From Mycobacteriales bacterium (GTDB lineage Bacteria; Actinomycetota; Actinomycetes; JAFAQI01), in contig DASSEQ010000186.1 in NCBI GenBank assembly GCA_035695245.1, positions 1-54,493 on the forward strand: DNA of 54,493 nt, read 5' to 3'. How positions within the stretch are numbered: the first letter of the stretch is position 1; every line of letters begins with the position of its first letter. A program made the position numbers and the translations under genes. The notes below the pieces were generated by a model. That model did no database searches. It worked only from the letters and a program-made list of their open reading frames with translations, and was not told the DNA's origin. Below, one piece after another: positions 19,147 to 29,652 of this stretch.

Positions 19147-20852
19147 CTCGGCCAAACGAGGAAGGCCTCTGCCTCCAACGCGGCAATCGCGATGCGGGGG
19201 ATGTCACGTGCTTGCGGGTAGCAGACGAAGCGCGGCTCCCAGACCGGCCTGAACTTCGCGTTGAACCGGTAGAGCGACTCGATCTGGAACCACCGCGACG
19301 CGATGAGCAGCAGCTCACGCCACAGGCGCAGAATCGGTCCCGCGCCGAGTCGGGCGCCGCGTTCGAGCGCCGACCGGAAGACCGCGAAGTTCATCGAGAC
19401 GCGTTCCACTCCGAGGTCAGGTGCGGCTCGGAGCGCGGCCACGATCAACAACTCGTTCAGGCCTGGATCGGCCTCGCGGTCACGTCGCATCAAGTCGAGT
19501 GAGAGCCCGTCCTCACCCCACGGCACGAAGTGCAGCACCGCAGCGAGCCGGTCGTCCTTCTGCGCCATCACCGCGACGCATTCGCCGTCGGCCGGATCGC
19601 CGAAACGGCCCAAAGCCATTGAGAAACCTCGCTCGACCTCGGCCCCTCGCCACGCGGCGGCTTGCCGCCGGACGGCGGCGATCTCCACCGGGGTCATGTC
19701 GCGAATCCGTCGTACGTCGGTCTTGTAGCCGGCTCGCTCAACACGCGTGACCATCTGTCGCACGTTGCGCATCGCACGACCCTCGAGCGTGAAGTCGGCA
19801 ACGTCGACGACGGCCTCGTCGCCGAGCTCGATCGCACGCAGGCCGGCTTCACGCACCCACACCTCACCGCCGGTCTCGCCGCAGCCCATCACAGCCGGAA
19901 CCCACGCATGCCGTTTGGCCTCGTCGAGAAACGCGCGGATCGCGCCCGGCCAGGCCTCGGGGTCCCCGATCGGATCACCCGAGGCGAGCATGACGCCGGA
20001 CACGACGCGGTAGGAGATCGCCGACTTGCCGGTCGCAGAGAAGATGACGGACTTGTCGCGGCGGAGCGCGAAGTAGCCAAGCGAGTCACGACCACCGTGC
20101 CGCTCCAGCAGTTCGCGGATGCGTGCGTCGGCGGCGCTGTCGAGGCTTGCCAACGGTTCCGGCGTACGCAGAGCCAGATAAGCAGTGACCACCAACGTCA
20201 TCGCGCCGAGGGCGATCAACATATCGAAGAAGAGATCCGAGCCTCGGTCGGTGCGGAAGTGGACCGGACCGGTTACGCCGACCAGACCGTAGAGCACCTG
20301 CTGGGCCCGGTCGGAAAACGGCGGGTCACCCCGCAAAGCGCCGCCCCGCGCATAGAGCAAGCCGATGCCAGTCGCGATCGACGCGATGCTCATAACGACA
20401 AAAGCCGCAGGCGCCCGCCATCGTGTGCGCGGATCGCCGGCCGCATAGAACTCACGGCGTTGGAGGACGAGGAGCACCAACACGACAAGCGCGACCGACG
20501 CTTCTTCGGCGTCAAGTCCCTTCACCAGGTGGGTGGCCACCGACAGCGCCATCAGCGCGACCACCGCTCGCCAGGCACGCCGCTTTCGCCGGCGCAGCCC
20601 GTGGGCGAGCATCACGAGCAGAATCCCTGCCACTGCGGTCGTCGCGCTCGCCGCGTGCGACAGTGCGGTCGGCACGACCTGTCGGATGTCTCTGAGCCGG
20701 TCGCGTTGTTCCGGGGTCACTGCGCTGATCACGTTGATGAGGCCGAGCACGAACGTGGCCGCGGCAAGCAGCCCAGGGACCTTGCCGAGAAGTCGCCGGT
20801 GCGGTTCTTCCTTCGCGGCGGCTTCGGTCACGCCGACCATGATGCCCTTCAC
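19104..20852 (-). CDS. MprF-like aminoacyl-phosphatidylglycerol synthase (membrane N-terminus plus DUF2156/LPG_synthase_C domain)
   Basis: About six N-terminal TM segments followed by DSLGYFALRRDKS...SYRVVSGVMLASGDPIGD...ESLYRFNAKFRPVWEPRF, characteristic of the tRNA-dependent lipid aminoacylation domain. Confidence 0.8.
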   Translation of the reverse strand: MKGIMVGVTEAAAKEEPHRRLLGKVPGLLAAATFVLGLINVISAVTPEQRDRLRDIRQVVPTALSHAASATTAVAGILLVMLAHGLRRRKRRAWRAVVALMALSVATHLVKGLDAEEASVALVVLVLLVLQRREFYAAGDPRTRWRAPAAFVVMSIASIATGIGLLYARGGALRGDPPFSDRAQQVLYGLVGVTGPVHFRTDRGSDLFFDMLIALGAMTLVVTAYLALRTPEPLASLDSAADARIRELLERHGGRDSLGYFALRRDKSVIFSATGKSAISYRVVSGVMLASGDPIGDPEAWPGAIRAFLDEAKRHAWVPAVMGCGETGGEVWVREAGLRAIELGDEAVVDVADFTLEGRAMRNVRQMVTRVERAGYKTDVRRIRDMTPVEIAAVRRQAAAWRGAEVERGFSMALGRFGDPADGECVAVMAQKDDRLAAVLHFVPWGEDGLSLDLMRRDREADPGLNELLIVAALRAAPDLGVERVSMNFAVFRSALERGARLGAGPILRLWRELLLIASRWFQIESLYRFNAKFRPVWEPRFVCYPQARDIPRIAIAALEAEAFLVWPSQWLRLRRARRAGA

Positions 20853-20887
20853 CTTGCATTCAGGATGATTGACTACTACATCTTGTC

Positions 20888-21805
20888 GTGGTCTTGGTTC
20901 GCGGGCGACGTCGTGCGCGTGCCGCGACCCTGGCGGCGACGGCAGCCGCCACCATCGCCGCGGCGTCCGTCACCGGTGTCATCCGTGATTCGCATCGTCG
21001 CCCCACAACCAAACGCTCTCCGACGGCGCGCCCTCGAGCAGCGGCCGAGGTGCTGCCGACGCGCGGGCGCGTCCAGATCGCGACGCTCCCGGCGACAGAC
21101 GACCACGGCGGCCGCAAGGTATGGATCTACCGACCAGGCGTTCCCGACTCGTCTGCGCTGCCGGTCGTCTACTTCCTTCACGGCCTGCCCGGCAGCTACC
21201 TCGACCTCGCCACTCTCGGAGTGCAAGACACCCTCGACCAGCTCATCACGCGCGGAAAGTTGCCACCGTTCGTGCTGGCCGTCCCCGACGGCAACTCCAC
21301 CAACGCGGCTGATCCGGAATGGGCAGACTCTGCAAGCCACTCGTTGACCCTCGAGGACTTCGTCATCGGGCCGGTCCGCCGCCTGGTGGAGGGGAACCAT
21401 CCGCGAAATCGCGCACACCGGTCGATCATGGGCTTCTCGATGGGCGGCTACGGGGCCATGAACATCGCCTTGCAGCACCCGGAGATCTATGGCTCCGTTG
21501 CAGCGCTCGCCGGCTACTTCGACACCGATGATGAGTCCGGAGTCTTCGACCACGACCCCACGTTGCTGGCGCGCAACAGTCCAGATCACAACCTCGATGC
21601 CGCTCATCAGCTGAGGATCATGCTGGCTGACGGCGCCCGCGACACCCTCTCCGTGACGAAGGGAGAGACGCAGCGGTTCGCCTCGCTGCTTCGGGCGAGC
21701 GGCGTCACTCCGTGGGTCGACATCCAGCCGGGCACGCACAGCGCGTCGTACTTGCAGGCCGAACTGCCGAGAGCATTCGCCTTCCTGCTCGAGGGTCGCA
21801 CGTAG
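20888..21805 (+). CDS. Secreted alpha/beta-hydrolase, esterase family (esterase D / mycolyltransferase-like)
   Basis: Arg-rich signal peptide (RGRRRARAATLAATAAA), PVVYFLHGLPG, and the nucleophile elbow GFSMGGYGA. Confidence 0.75.
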   Translation: MVLVRGRRRARAATLAATAAATIAAASVTGVIRDSHRRPTTKRSPTARPRAAAEVLPTRGRVQIATLPATDDHGGRKVWIYRPGVPDSSALPVVYFLHGLPGSYLDLATLGVQDTLDQLITRGKLPPFVLAVPDGNSTNAADPEWADSASHSLTLEDFVIGPVRRLVEGNHPRNRAHRSIMGFSMGGYGAMNIALQHPEIYGSVAALAGYFDTDDESGVFDHDPTLLARNSPDHNLDAAHQLRIMLADGARDTLSVTKGETQRFASLLRASGVTPWVDIQPGTHSASYLQAELPRAFAFLLEGRT

Positions 21806-23170
21806 ATGGCCATCGCCCCCACGCCGTCACCGCGGACGGTGCACACCGTGACGCCGCTGCCGCGGCATGTGCTGCACCAGGTGGGGCGCGACGGCTATCT
21901 CGAGAGCTACGCACTCGGCGTCACATTGCTTGTCGTCGCCGCCGTCGCACTGATGAGCTGCGTCGCGTGGGCGATCGTGAGCCGACGGCGCGGACGGCGG
22001 CTGCTCCCACGGGTGCCGAAGTGGTTGGTCGTCAGTGCGGAGTCGCTGGGCGTCACGCTGCTCACGATCGCCGGCGTGCTCGTAATGGTGAACAACTACG
22101 TCGGCTACGTCCCGAGCATTCATGCGCTTTTCGACGCTCCAGGTCGGCCCCTTCCGACGTCGGCAGGGTCGGTCGACCGCGTGAACGCGTCGCACGTAGT
22201 CCGGCTGCACATCCGAGACGTTGCCGATGGCATCCGCACCGGCACTACCTACGTCTACTTACCGCCCGGCTACTACGCCGCAAGCAATGCTCATCGGCAC
22301 TATCCGACGATCTACCTCTTCCACGGCTACCCAGGGCGCCCGGAAGATTGGTTCACCGCGGGCGATGTGCAGTCAACGATGGACCTGCTGATCCGCGAAC
22401 ACTACGTCGGTCCCATGATCGTCGTCTCACCCACCGCGAGCACCGGCTACCTGGACGACGACGAGTGCCTCAACGCGCCGGGGCACTTCGCTCTCGAGAA
22501 CTACCTCGCCTTCACCGTCGTCGATCGCGTCGACCACGAGTTCCGCACTTACCGCGATCGTGCTCACCGCGCCATCGGCGGCATGTCGTCAGGCGGCTTC
22601 TGTGCTCTCAACATCGGCCTGCACCACTTGCACCGCTTCTCGGTGATACTCGCATCCGAGCCCTACGGCGATCCGGGGCTCGACCCGCTGCACAAGCTGC
22701 TCCACGACGACTGGGCACTCTGGCGAGCGGACAGCCCGGCGTTCTACATCCCGCTCATGCACTTCGACCCGCCGGTCGCCACTTTTCTGGACTCCGGCGG
22801 CCTGGATGTGCGCACGACACCGATCGCGCTTCGGCTCGCACAGCAGTTCGCAGCACGCGGTCAGGAGGCCAGCTATCGACCCGCGCCGCACGTGCACCAC
22901 AACTGGCGAGAAGCACGCATGGCGTTGCCGTACGCATTGATCTTTGCCTGGCAGCACTTCGGGCACATGCCCGACGGAGGGTCGGACGCACAGGACGCGC
23001 AGCAGGTCGCACAGATCTTGGCCTACGCCCGCACCCTGCCGCCCCCGCGGCTGGCGAGCACGACGGCATACGCCTCCCCGTCTCCCGCCGCGGCCGCATC
23101 CCCCTCCTACGCTCCGCGCCCGACCACCACCACCACCACCAGCCAACCACCGACGGCGAGCGGCGCGTAA
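21806..23170 (+). CDS. Membrane-anchored alpha/beta-hydrolase, esterase family, with a Pro/Thr-rich tail
   Basis: The ATG abuts the previous stop (TAGATG). Three N-terminal TM segments, YPTIYLFHGYPG, GGMSSGGFCA, and a C-terminal PRPTTTTTTSQPP tail. Confidence 0.75.
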   Translation: MAIAPTPSPRTVHTVTPLPRHVLHQVGRDGYLESYALGVTLLVVAAVALMSCVAWAIVSRRRGRRLLPRVPKWLVVSAESLGVTLLTIAGVLVMVNNYVGYVPSIHALFDAPGRPLPTSAGSVDRVNASHVVRLHIRDVADGIRTGTTYVYLPPGYYAASNAHRHYPTIYLFHGYPGRPEDWFTAGDVQSTMDLLIREHYVGPMIVVSPTASTGYLDDDECLNAPGHFALENYLAFTVVDRVDHEFRTYRDRAHRAIGGMSSGGFCALNIGLHHLHRFSVILASEPYGDPGLDPLHKLLHDDWALWRADSPAFYIPLMHFDPPVATFLDSGGLDVRTTPIALRLAQQFAARGQEASYRPAPHVHHNWREARMALPYALIFAWQHFGHMPDGGSDAQDAQQVAQILAYARTLPPPRLASTTAYASPSPAAAASPSYAPRPTTTTTTSQPPTASGA

Positions 23171-23180
23171 GGTCGCCGCC

Positions 23181-23897
23181 GTGGTCGGCGCGCATGTCGG
23201 GAGAGCCGTGACAGCTGCGGCCGCCGCTCAGCTGGTGCCCGCCGCGACGTGGCTGCCGCCGTTTCGCCGGCTGTGGCCCGGACTCGGCAGCCCGATGCCC
23301 GTCGGCTCGGTGGCGGTCACGTTCGACGACGGCCCACATCCGGACGGAACGTTGGCCACCCTCGACGCCCTCGATGCGCTCGGATGGCGCGCGACCTTCT
23401 TCATGCTCGGTGCCGCCGTGCGTCGCTACCCCGAAGTCGCCCGCGAGGTTGCTCTGCGCGGGCACGGCATAGCGCTTCACGGCGACGAACATCGCTACCT
23501 GCTGCTGCGGACACCGGGCGACACGTTCGCCGACCTGCAACGTTGCGCGGAGACAGTCGCTGACATCACCGGCGTGCGGGCCTCGTGGTGGCGGCCGCCG
23601 TACGGCGTTCTCTCCGGCGCCGGCCTTGTCGCGGCACATCGGCTGGGACTGCGGCCGGTGCTGTGGAGTGCCTGGGGCGAGGACTGGAAGCCTCGCGCGA
23701 CGCCGGAACATGTTGCTTGGACGGTCTTCGAAAGCCGAATGTCCGGCGGGACCATCTTGTTGCACGACTCCGACCAACACAGCGCGCCCGAAGCATGGCG
23801 CACAACGGTTGCCGCATTGCCGCTGTTGGCGACCGAGTTGGAACGACGAAGACTGACCGTGCGCCCGCTCCCGGATCGAGCCCCGTGTCCGGATTGA
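23181..23897 (+). CDS. Polysaccharide deacetylase (NodB / CE4 family)
   Basis: VAVTFDDGPHP, HGDEH, WWRPPYG and LLHDSD motifs. Trimmed to the in-frame GTG 23181, just after the previous stop. Confidence 0.82.
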   Translation: MVGAHVGRAVTAAAAAQLVPAATWLPPFRRLWPGLGSPMPVGSVAVTFDDGPHPDGTLATLDALDALGWRATFFMLGAAVRRYPEVAREVALRGHGIALHGDEHRYLLLRTPGDTFADLQRCAETVADITGVRASWWRPPYGVLSGAGLVAAHRLGLRPVLWSAWGEDWKPRATPEHVAWTVFESRMSGGTILLHDSDQHSAPEAWRTTVAALPLLATELERRRLTVRPLPDRAPCPD

Positions 23898-23950
23898 ACG
23901 GACGACCGCTCGCTTACAAGGCGAGTGCTCTACCACTGAGCTAACGGGGC
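23879..23950 (-). tRNA. tRNA-Thr (anticodon UGU)
   Basis: 72 nt: GCCCCGT-TA-GCTC-AGTGGTA-GAGC-A-CTCGC-CTTGTAA-GCGAG-CGGTC-GTCCG-TTCAATC-CGGAC-ACGGGGC-T. All four stems are perfect Watson-Crick. CCA is not encoded. Confidence 0.93.
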
Positions 23951-24026
23951 CTCCCGCCGACGAGGCGGTATCAGCGATGCTACGGCCACGACAGTGCGGC
24001 AGCCTCGAGCACGGCCCGCGAGGGCC

Positions 24027-24746
24027 CTAACTGGCGTCGGCGATTTCGCGGGCCTTGAGATGCACGTCGAGCTTGCGCTTGATGCGCTGAAGGGCGTTGT
24101 CGATCGACTTGACGTGACGCTGGAGGACCTCGGCGATCTCCTGGTAGCTCTTGCCGTCGACGTAGAGGCGGAGCACTTCGGCTTCGAGGTCGGAGAGCAC
24201 CTCATCGAAGTGCTGCTGGAGGGCGCGGATGCGTTCGGCGGAGATGACCAGGTCGGCCGGGTCGGACACGGTGAGCATCGGCAGCATGTCGCCGAGACAT
24301 CGCTCGCCCTCGTCGTCGGTGAGGACCGGGCGGGAGAACGACACGTAGTTGTTGAGCGGGCCGTGCTTCTGTCGGGTTGCCGTCTTGATCGCGGTGATGA
24401 TCTGCCGGGTGATGCAGAGCTCGGCAAACGCGCGAAACGAGGTCTGCAGATCCGGGTTGTAGTCGCGCACAGCCTTGTAGAGCCCGATCATGCCCTCTTG
24501 CATGATGTCCTCGCGGTCAGCGCCGACGAGGAAGTAGGAGCGAGCCTTCGAACGCGCAAAACCGCGGTACTTGTCCAGCAGCGCCGCGAGGGCACGGTCG
24601 TCGCCCGCGCGGGCGGCATTGACGAGCTCGTCGTCGCCGTCGGCGACGCGGGGAGCACTCGCGCTGGTCGCCTTAGCAGCACGGAACCGGGCGGAACGCA
24701 CAGGTCTGGGGCCTCCGATGGGAGCTGGGCTGTCGTTGCTGCGCAC
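24027..24746 (-). CDS. Bacillus Spo0H (SigH)-type sigma-70 family sigma factor; start uncertain (GTG 24746 or 24701; longest ORF to 24881)
   Basis: DREDIMQEGMIGLYKAVRDYNPDLQTSFRAFAELCITRQIITAIKTATRQKH and YQEIAEVLQRHVKSIDNALQRIKRKL are near-identical to the B. subtilis SigH regions 2 and 4 as I remember them. It lies directly downstream of cysS-rlmB, as in Firmicutes. Confidence 0.8.
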   Translation of the reverse strand: MRSNDSPAPIGGPRPVRSARFRAAKATSASAPRVADGDDELVNAARAGDDRALAALLDKYRGFARSKARSYFLVGADREDIMQEGMIGLYKAVRDYNPDLQTSFRAFAELCITRQIITAIKTATRQKHGPLNNYVSFSRPVLTDDEGERCLGDMLPMLTVSDPADLVISAERIRALQQHFDEVLSDLEAEVLRLYVDGKSYQEIAEVLQRHVKSIDNALQRIKRKLDVHLKAREIADAS

Positions 24747-24954
24747 GATCTGCTCCGAAATGTAACGGATGACCCCGATGCGTGAACATCGGGCTTGGTC
24801 ACAACAACGATCGGACGGCCTCGGAGTGACGCGTCGATTTCGCAGCCCGATAACCGGACTTCTCAGCGTAAAAACGGACATTCGTCACATGCGTCACAGT
24901 CATCCGTTCGGCCGAGGCCGGATGACGCAGTTGTGGTCCGTCACTAAAAGCGAA

Positions 24955-25902
24955 TCAGATTCGGCGTCGCCGGGACACCTCGGCCAGCGCCACACCGGCC
25001 GCGACGGAGGCATTCAGCGACTCCACCGGCCCGGCGAGGGGGATCCGCACGGTCACATCACAGGTCTCCCCGACGAGGCGACTGAGCCCTCGGCCTTCGG
25101 CGCCGACGAGGAGGACCAGAGGCCCGGTGGCGAGCTCGAGGGCGTCGAGGTCGATCTCGCCGTTGCCGTCGAGACCGGCGATCATCAGCCCGGCTTCGGC
25201 GTACGCCTTGAGCACCCGCACCAGGTTGCCGGCCCGCGCGACCGAGAGCCGGGCGAGGGTGCCGGCGCTCGCCTTCCAGGCCGCTGGGGTGACGCCGGCG
25301 GCTCGCCGTTCGGGCAGCAGGAGACCGTCCGCACCGAAGGCCGCAGCGGAGCGGGCGATTGCGCCGACGTTGTGCGGGTCGGTCACACCGTCGAGGGCGA
25401 CGAGGAGCGGCGCCGCGGACGCCTCCATCGCCCGGCGCAGCAAGTCGTCCGGGTGCAGGTAGTCGAACGGTCGTGCATGCAGGAGGACCCCCTGGTGCGG
25501 CGCGCCTGCGCAGAGCCGATCCAGCTCGGACCGGCTCACGTCGAGGATCGGCACGGCACGGTTACCCGCGAGCTTGCGCGCCTCGTCGACGCGTTCGTCT
25601 CGCTCGATGCCACCGGCGACGTACAACGCGATCGCGGGAACAGCGGCGCGCAACGCCTCGGCGACGGCGTTGCGGCCGACCACCACCTCGTCCTCGTGCA
25701 GGCCGCCGCCCCGCGGCCGCCGGCTCGCGCCGGGCGGAGGCGCCGCACTCCGCTTGGCAGCAGCTCGCGCCCGACGGTGGGCCGGGTGCCCCGGCCGGTC
25801 CTCAGCTTTCGGCGTCGGACCTTTGCCCTCGAGCTTTCGCCGACCGTGGCCGCCGGTGCCCTTCTGCGGCCCCTTCCTCGCTGCCATCAGGCGAGCCGCC
25901 AC
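24955..25902 (-). CDS. rlmB: 23S rRNA (guanosine-2'-O)-methyltransferase, SpoU/TrmH family, with a basic N-terminal extension
   Basis: A Lys/Arg-rich N-terminus followed by the SpoU_sub_bind and SpoU methylase core ([40 protein letters not shown]). Confidence 0.85.
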   Translation of the reverse strand: MAARLMAARKGPQKGTGGHGRRKLEGKGPTPKAEDRPGHPAHRRARAAAKRSAAPPPGASRRPRGGGLHEDEVVVGRNAVAEALRAAVPAIALYVAGGIERDERVDEARKLAGNRAVPILDVSRSELDRLCAGAPHQGVLLHARPFDYLHPDDLLRRAMEASAAPLLVALDGVTDPHNVGAIARSAAAFGADGLLLPERRAAGVTPAAWKASAGTLARLSVARAGNLVRVLKAYAEAGLMIAGLDGNGEIDLDALELATGPLVLLVGAEGRGLSRLVGETCDVTVRIPLAGPVESLNASVAAGVALAEVSRRRRI

Positions 25903-27262
25903 CGCGGACCACCGGGTGTGTCCTCGATGACGAGGCCCGACGCCGCGAGCGCATCACGGATGCGATCAGCCTCGACGAAGTCCTTGCGCTCGCGCGCAGC
26001 CTGGCGCGCACCGAGCATCACCGGCACCAATTCGTCGACGACGCCGCGCAGCCGGGTGTCGTCTCCGCGCGCTGACGCGAAGTCGGCCGGTGACAGGCCC
26101 AGCACTGCCGTCATCGCCGACACTGCGGCGTAACTGGCGAGCGCTGCGTCCTTGTCTCCCGCGGCCAGCTGGGTATTGCCCTCGCGCACCGCTCCGTGCA
26201 GCACCGCCAGTGCGCCAGGAACACCGAGGTCGTCATCCATCGCCGCGGTGAACGACACCGGCAGATCGACAACTGTTGGCTCGCCGAGCAACTCAGCGCA
26301 CCGTTGCAGAAAGCCGTCGATGCGCGCGAATGCCGTGTCGGCTTCAGCAAGTCCGTCCTCAGTCCAGTCGAGATCGCTGCGGTAGTGCGCGGAGCCCAGG
26401 TAATAACGAACCGCTTGCGGTCGCGCGCGACGCAACACGTCGTCGACGACAAGAGAATTTCCGAGCGACTTGCTCATCTTCTCGCCGCCGGTGTTGACCA
26501 GACCGTTGTGCAACCAATAGCGCGCGAAGCCATCGCCCGCCGCGTGCGACTGCGCGACTTCGTTCTCGTGATGCGGGAACACGAGGTCCTGGCCGCCGCC
26601 GTGGATGTCGAACTCGGCACCGAGATACCGCGTCGCCATCGCCGAGCACTCGAGGTGCCAACCCGGCCGGCCAGGCCCCCACGGCGTATCCCATGACGGC
26701 TCACCAGGCTTGGCACCTTTCCAGAGCGCGAAGTCGAGTGGGTCGCGCTTCGCGCCCGCGTCGTCGCTCGACAGCATCTGGTCCGGGTTCTGTCCCGACA
26801 GCGCGCCGTACGACGAGAACGAACGCACGTCGAAGTAGACGTCACCGTTCGCCGCGTAGGCGTGTCCGTGGCCGATGAGCCGGTGCATCAAAGCGACCAT
26901 CTCAGGGACGTGTCCGGTGGCTTGTGGTTCGCCGGTCGGCGGGAGCACGTTGACCGCGTCGTACGCCGACGCGAACGCGCGGGCGTTGCGAGCCGCGAGT
27001 GCCCACCACGGGATGTCCTCGTGACCCGCGTTGTGCAGGATCTTGTCGTCGATGTCGGTCACGTTGCGGAGAAAGGTGACTGTGTAGCCGCTCACCGTGA
27101 GCCAACGTCGAAGGATGTCGAAAGCGATGGCACTCCGCACGTGCCCGACATGCGGCGGCGACTGCACCGTCGGGCCGCAGACATAGACGCCCACGTGGCC
27201 CTCTCGCAGCGGTGTGAAGTCACGCACCGTGCGCGTGCCGGTGTCGTGGAGTCGCAGAGCCA

Positions 27263-27263
<1 letters not shown>
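25887..27263 (-). CDS. cysS: Cysteine--tRNA ligase
   Basis: HIGH-type motif [14 protein letters not shown] present ([10 protein letters not shown]), and WHLECSAM. Confidence 0.93.
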
Positions 27264-28450
<1,187 letters not shown>

Positions 28451-28472
28451 GCCGCCATTGTCCCCGCCGTCG

Positions 28473-28994
28473 TCAACGCGGGATGACGAGGGCGGTTGCG
28501 ATCGCGGCGATGCCTTCGCCGCGTCCGGTCAGGCCAAGGCCGTCAGTCGTCGTGGCGGTGACGGATACGGGTGCGCCCGCGGCGGACGACATCGCCGCCG
28601 CGGCCTGCTCCCGGCGAGGGGCCAGGCGCGGCCGGTTGCCGACGATCTGTACGGCGATGTTGCCCACCGCCCAGCCCGCGCCGCCGAGACGACGCACCGT
28701 CTCGGCCAGAAGCTCGGCGCCACTCGCCCCTGCCCAGCGCGGATCGTCGACGCCGAAGACCGCGCCGAGGTCACCGAGCCCGACAGCCGAGAGCAACGCG
28801 TCGCAAGCAGCGTGGGCAGCCACGTCCCCGTCGGAGTGGCCGGACAGACCGGGCTCGCCCTCCCAGGTCAAGCACGCGAGTGCGAGCGTCCGGCCGTCGG
28901 TGGCGAACGGATGCACGTCGACGCCGACACCGACCCGCGGCAGGTCGGGCAATCCTTCGGAGAGCGGGATGATGTCCGGCTCAGACACCTGCAC
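28473..28994 (-). CDS. ispF: 2-C-methyl-D-erythritol 2,4-cyclodiphosphate synthase
   Basis: [21 protein letters not shown] and [17 protein letters not shown] motifs. Overlaps the ispD end. Confidence 0.9.
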   Translation of the reverse strand: MQVSEPDIIPLSEGLPDLPRVGVGVDVHPFATDGRTLALACLTWEGEPGLSGHSDGDVAAHAACDALLSAVGLGDLGAVFGVDDPRWAGASGAELLAETVRRLGGAGWAVGNIAVQIVGNRPRLAPRREQAAAAMSSAAGAPVSVTATTTDGLGLTGRGEGIAAIATALVIPR

Positions 28995-29652
28995 TCCTGC
29001 TGGTCATCAATGCGCGAGCCACCTCGAGGTCGAACGGCGTCGTCACCTTGAAGGCTTCGGCCGATCCCTGCACGGTCACAACCGTCAGTCCCAACGCTTC
29101 GACGAGCCCGGCGTCATCAGTCGCGCCCGCACCGGTAGCGCCCGCCGAATGCGCCCGCACGAGCACGTCACGACGAAAGCCCTGCGGCGTCTGCACGCAT
29201 CGAAGACCCGTGCGGTCGACCGTACGCACGACTTCGCCACCGCTCTCGACCTCTTTCACGGTGTCAGTGACCGCAACGACCGGTATGACCGCGTCGGCTC
29301 CGTTGCGCACCGCCTGGACTACCCGGCGCGACACGTCGACCGGCACCCACGCCCGCGCCGCATCATGCACGAGGACGATGTCGACGTCGGCCGGAAGCCG
29401 CGCCAACGCAGCGCGCACGGAGTCCTGGCGAACCTCCCCGCCGGCGACCACCTCGACGTCGGTGAGCAACGACCTGACCTGCTCGACGAGATCCGCCGGG
29501 ACGGCAACGACGATCAGCTCGGCGACCGGACGGATGCCGTCAACTGCGTGCTCGAGGAGCGTTCGGCCCGCAACCTCGACCAAAGCCTTGGGACGGCCCG
29601 CGCCGAGCCGCTCACCACGGCCGGCAGCCGGGATGACCGCGGCGACGGTCAT
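28981..29652 (-). CDS. ispD: 2-C-methyl-D-erythritol 4-phosphate cytidylyltransferase
   Basis: [19 protein letters not shown] and QTPQGF motifs. Confidence 0.9.
   Translation of the reverse strand: MTVAAVIPAAGRGERLGAGRPKALVEVAGRTLLEHAVDGIRPVAELIVVAVPADLVEQVRSLLTDVEVVAGGEVRQDSVRAALARLPADVDIVLVHDAARAWVPVDVSRRVVQAVRNGADAVIPVVAVTDTVKEVESGGEVVRTVDRTGLRCVQTPQGFRRDVLVRAHSAGATGAGATDDAGLVEALGLTVVTVQGSAEAFKVTTPFDLEVARALMTSRSAGV

Noticed and set aside
19662-21347. 561-aa plus-strand ORF over the MprF-like gene and the first esterase
   Set aside because: It is antisense or out of frame to two genes with clear family signatures and has an Arg-rich composition.
22755-23936. 393-aa minus-strand ORF over the esterase/deacetylase genes (similarly 21712..23211 on the plus strand)
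   Set aside because: These are shadow frames of genes with nucleophile-elbow and NodB motifs, and this one would also run through the tRNA-Thr gene.
20853-23950. Genomic island integrated at tRNA-Thr
   Set aside because: There is no integrase, recombinase or transposase, I saw no direct repeat of the tRNA 3' end, and GC content and codon usage do not shift noticeably.
24845-24856. GCCCGATAA resembling the WhiG/FliA -10 box (GCCGATAA), interesting given the RsiG-like gene
   Set aside because: It lies on the plus strand with no TAAA -35 at the right spacing and no plus-strand gene downstream. It is most likely a chance match.
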